Part shown: positions 63,948 to 64,000 of the stretch, in pieces | Layout of the letters: each line of letters begins with the position of its first letter | How positions within the stretch are numbered: the first letter of the stretch is position 1 | DNA from: an uncultured delta proteobacterium | GTDB taxonomy: Bacteria > Bdellovibrionota > FAC87 > UBA2466 | Direction of reading: 5' to 3' | DNA length: 64,000 bases | Assembly: GCA_963778115.1 (NCBI GenBank) | Contig: CAVZSV010000005.1 | Span: 256,001-320,000, forward strand | Program-made: the position numbers and the translations under genes | The notes under the pieces: model-generated | The model's input: the letters and a program-made list of their open reading frames with translations, nothing else | What the model was told of the DNA's origin: nothing | Databases searched by the model: none

Positions 63948-64000
63948 ATGACCCTACTAAAATCGAACCGCCTCCGAAATACAACCTTACATCACCCCTA

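Noticed and set aside
1..64000. Prophage, IS element, integron or anti-phage defence system
   Set aside because: No integrase, transposase, phage structural or recognisable defence domains among the translated ORFs.

Overview
Chromosomal window from a flagellated Gram-negative bacterium. The gene order flgF-G-A-H-I-J-M-N-K-L-csrA-fliW, the ACIII-caa3 operon and the many signal-peptide ORFans point to a deltaproteobacterial/Bdellovibrionota-like organism (inference). In order it contains: (1) the tail of an uncharacterised extracytoplasmic cluster (exported helical protein, Tat-exported DUF1501-like protein, di-haem cytochrome c); (2) a 4x16-bp tandem repeat, a 5'-nucleotidase and a quinone reductase; (3) a complete alternative complex III + SCO + A2-type caa3 oxidase operon; (4) a glycan-modification locus with a frameshift-split GT-A-like gene, a radical SAM protein, a radical SAM-GT9 fusion and a GT2; (5) secreted ORFans and peptidases; (6) an ABC transporter with no binding protein, coupled to an adenosylhomocysteinase homologue whose active site is rewired; (7) an AlgI/AlgJ-like O-acetylation pair behind a sigma28-like promoter; (8) a sigma54-type cupredoxin-like lipoprotein, AsmA, small enzymes and a secreted truncated pseudokinase; (9) tRNA-Gln, an Opp transporter, HU, an SGNH hydrolase and the flagellar cluster. 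A dispersed REP-like hairpin with a conserved GGCCG loop occurs four times (one copy degenerate). Three genes are split by net -1 frameshifts. I recognised no integrase, transposase, rRNA or CRISPR array. The best candidates for undescribed systems are the radical SAM/glycosyltransferase locus (18.8-23.2 kb), the ABC + non-canonical SAH hydrolase operon (28.7-32.9 kb), the Tat/cytochrome cluster (0-3.2 kb) and the REP-like hairpin family. All family assignments come from motif recognition by eye, not from database searches.
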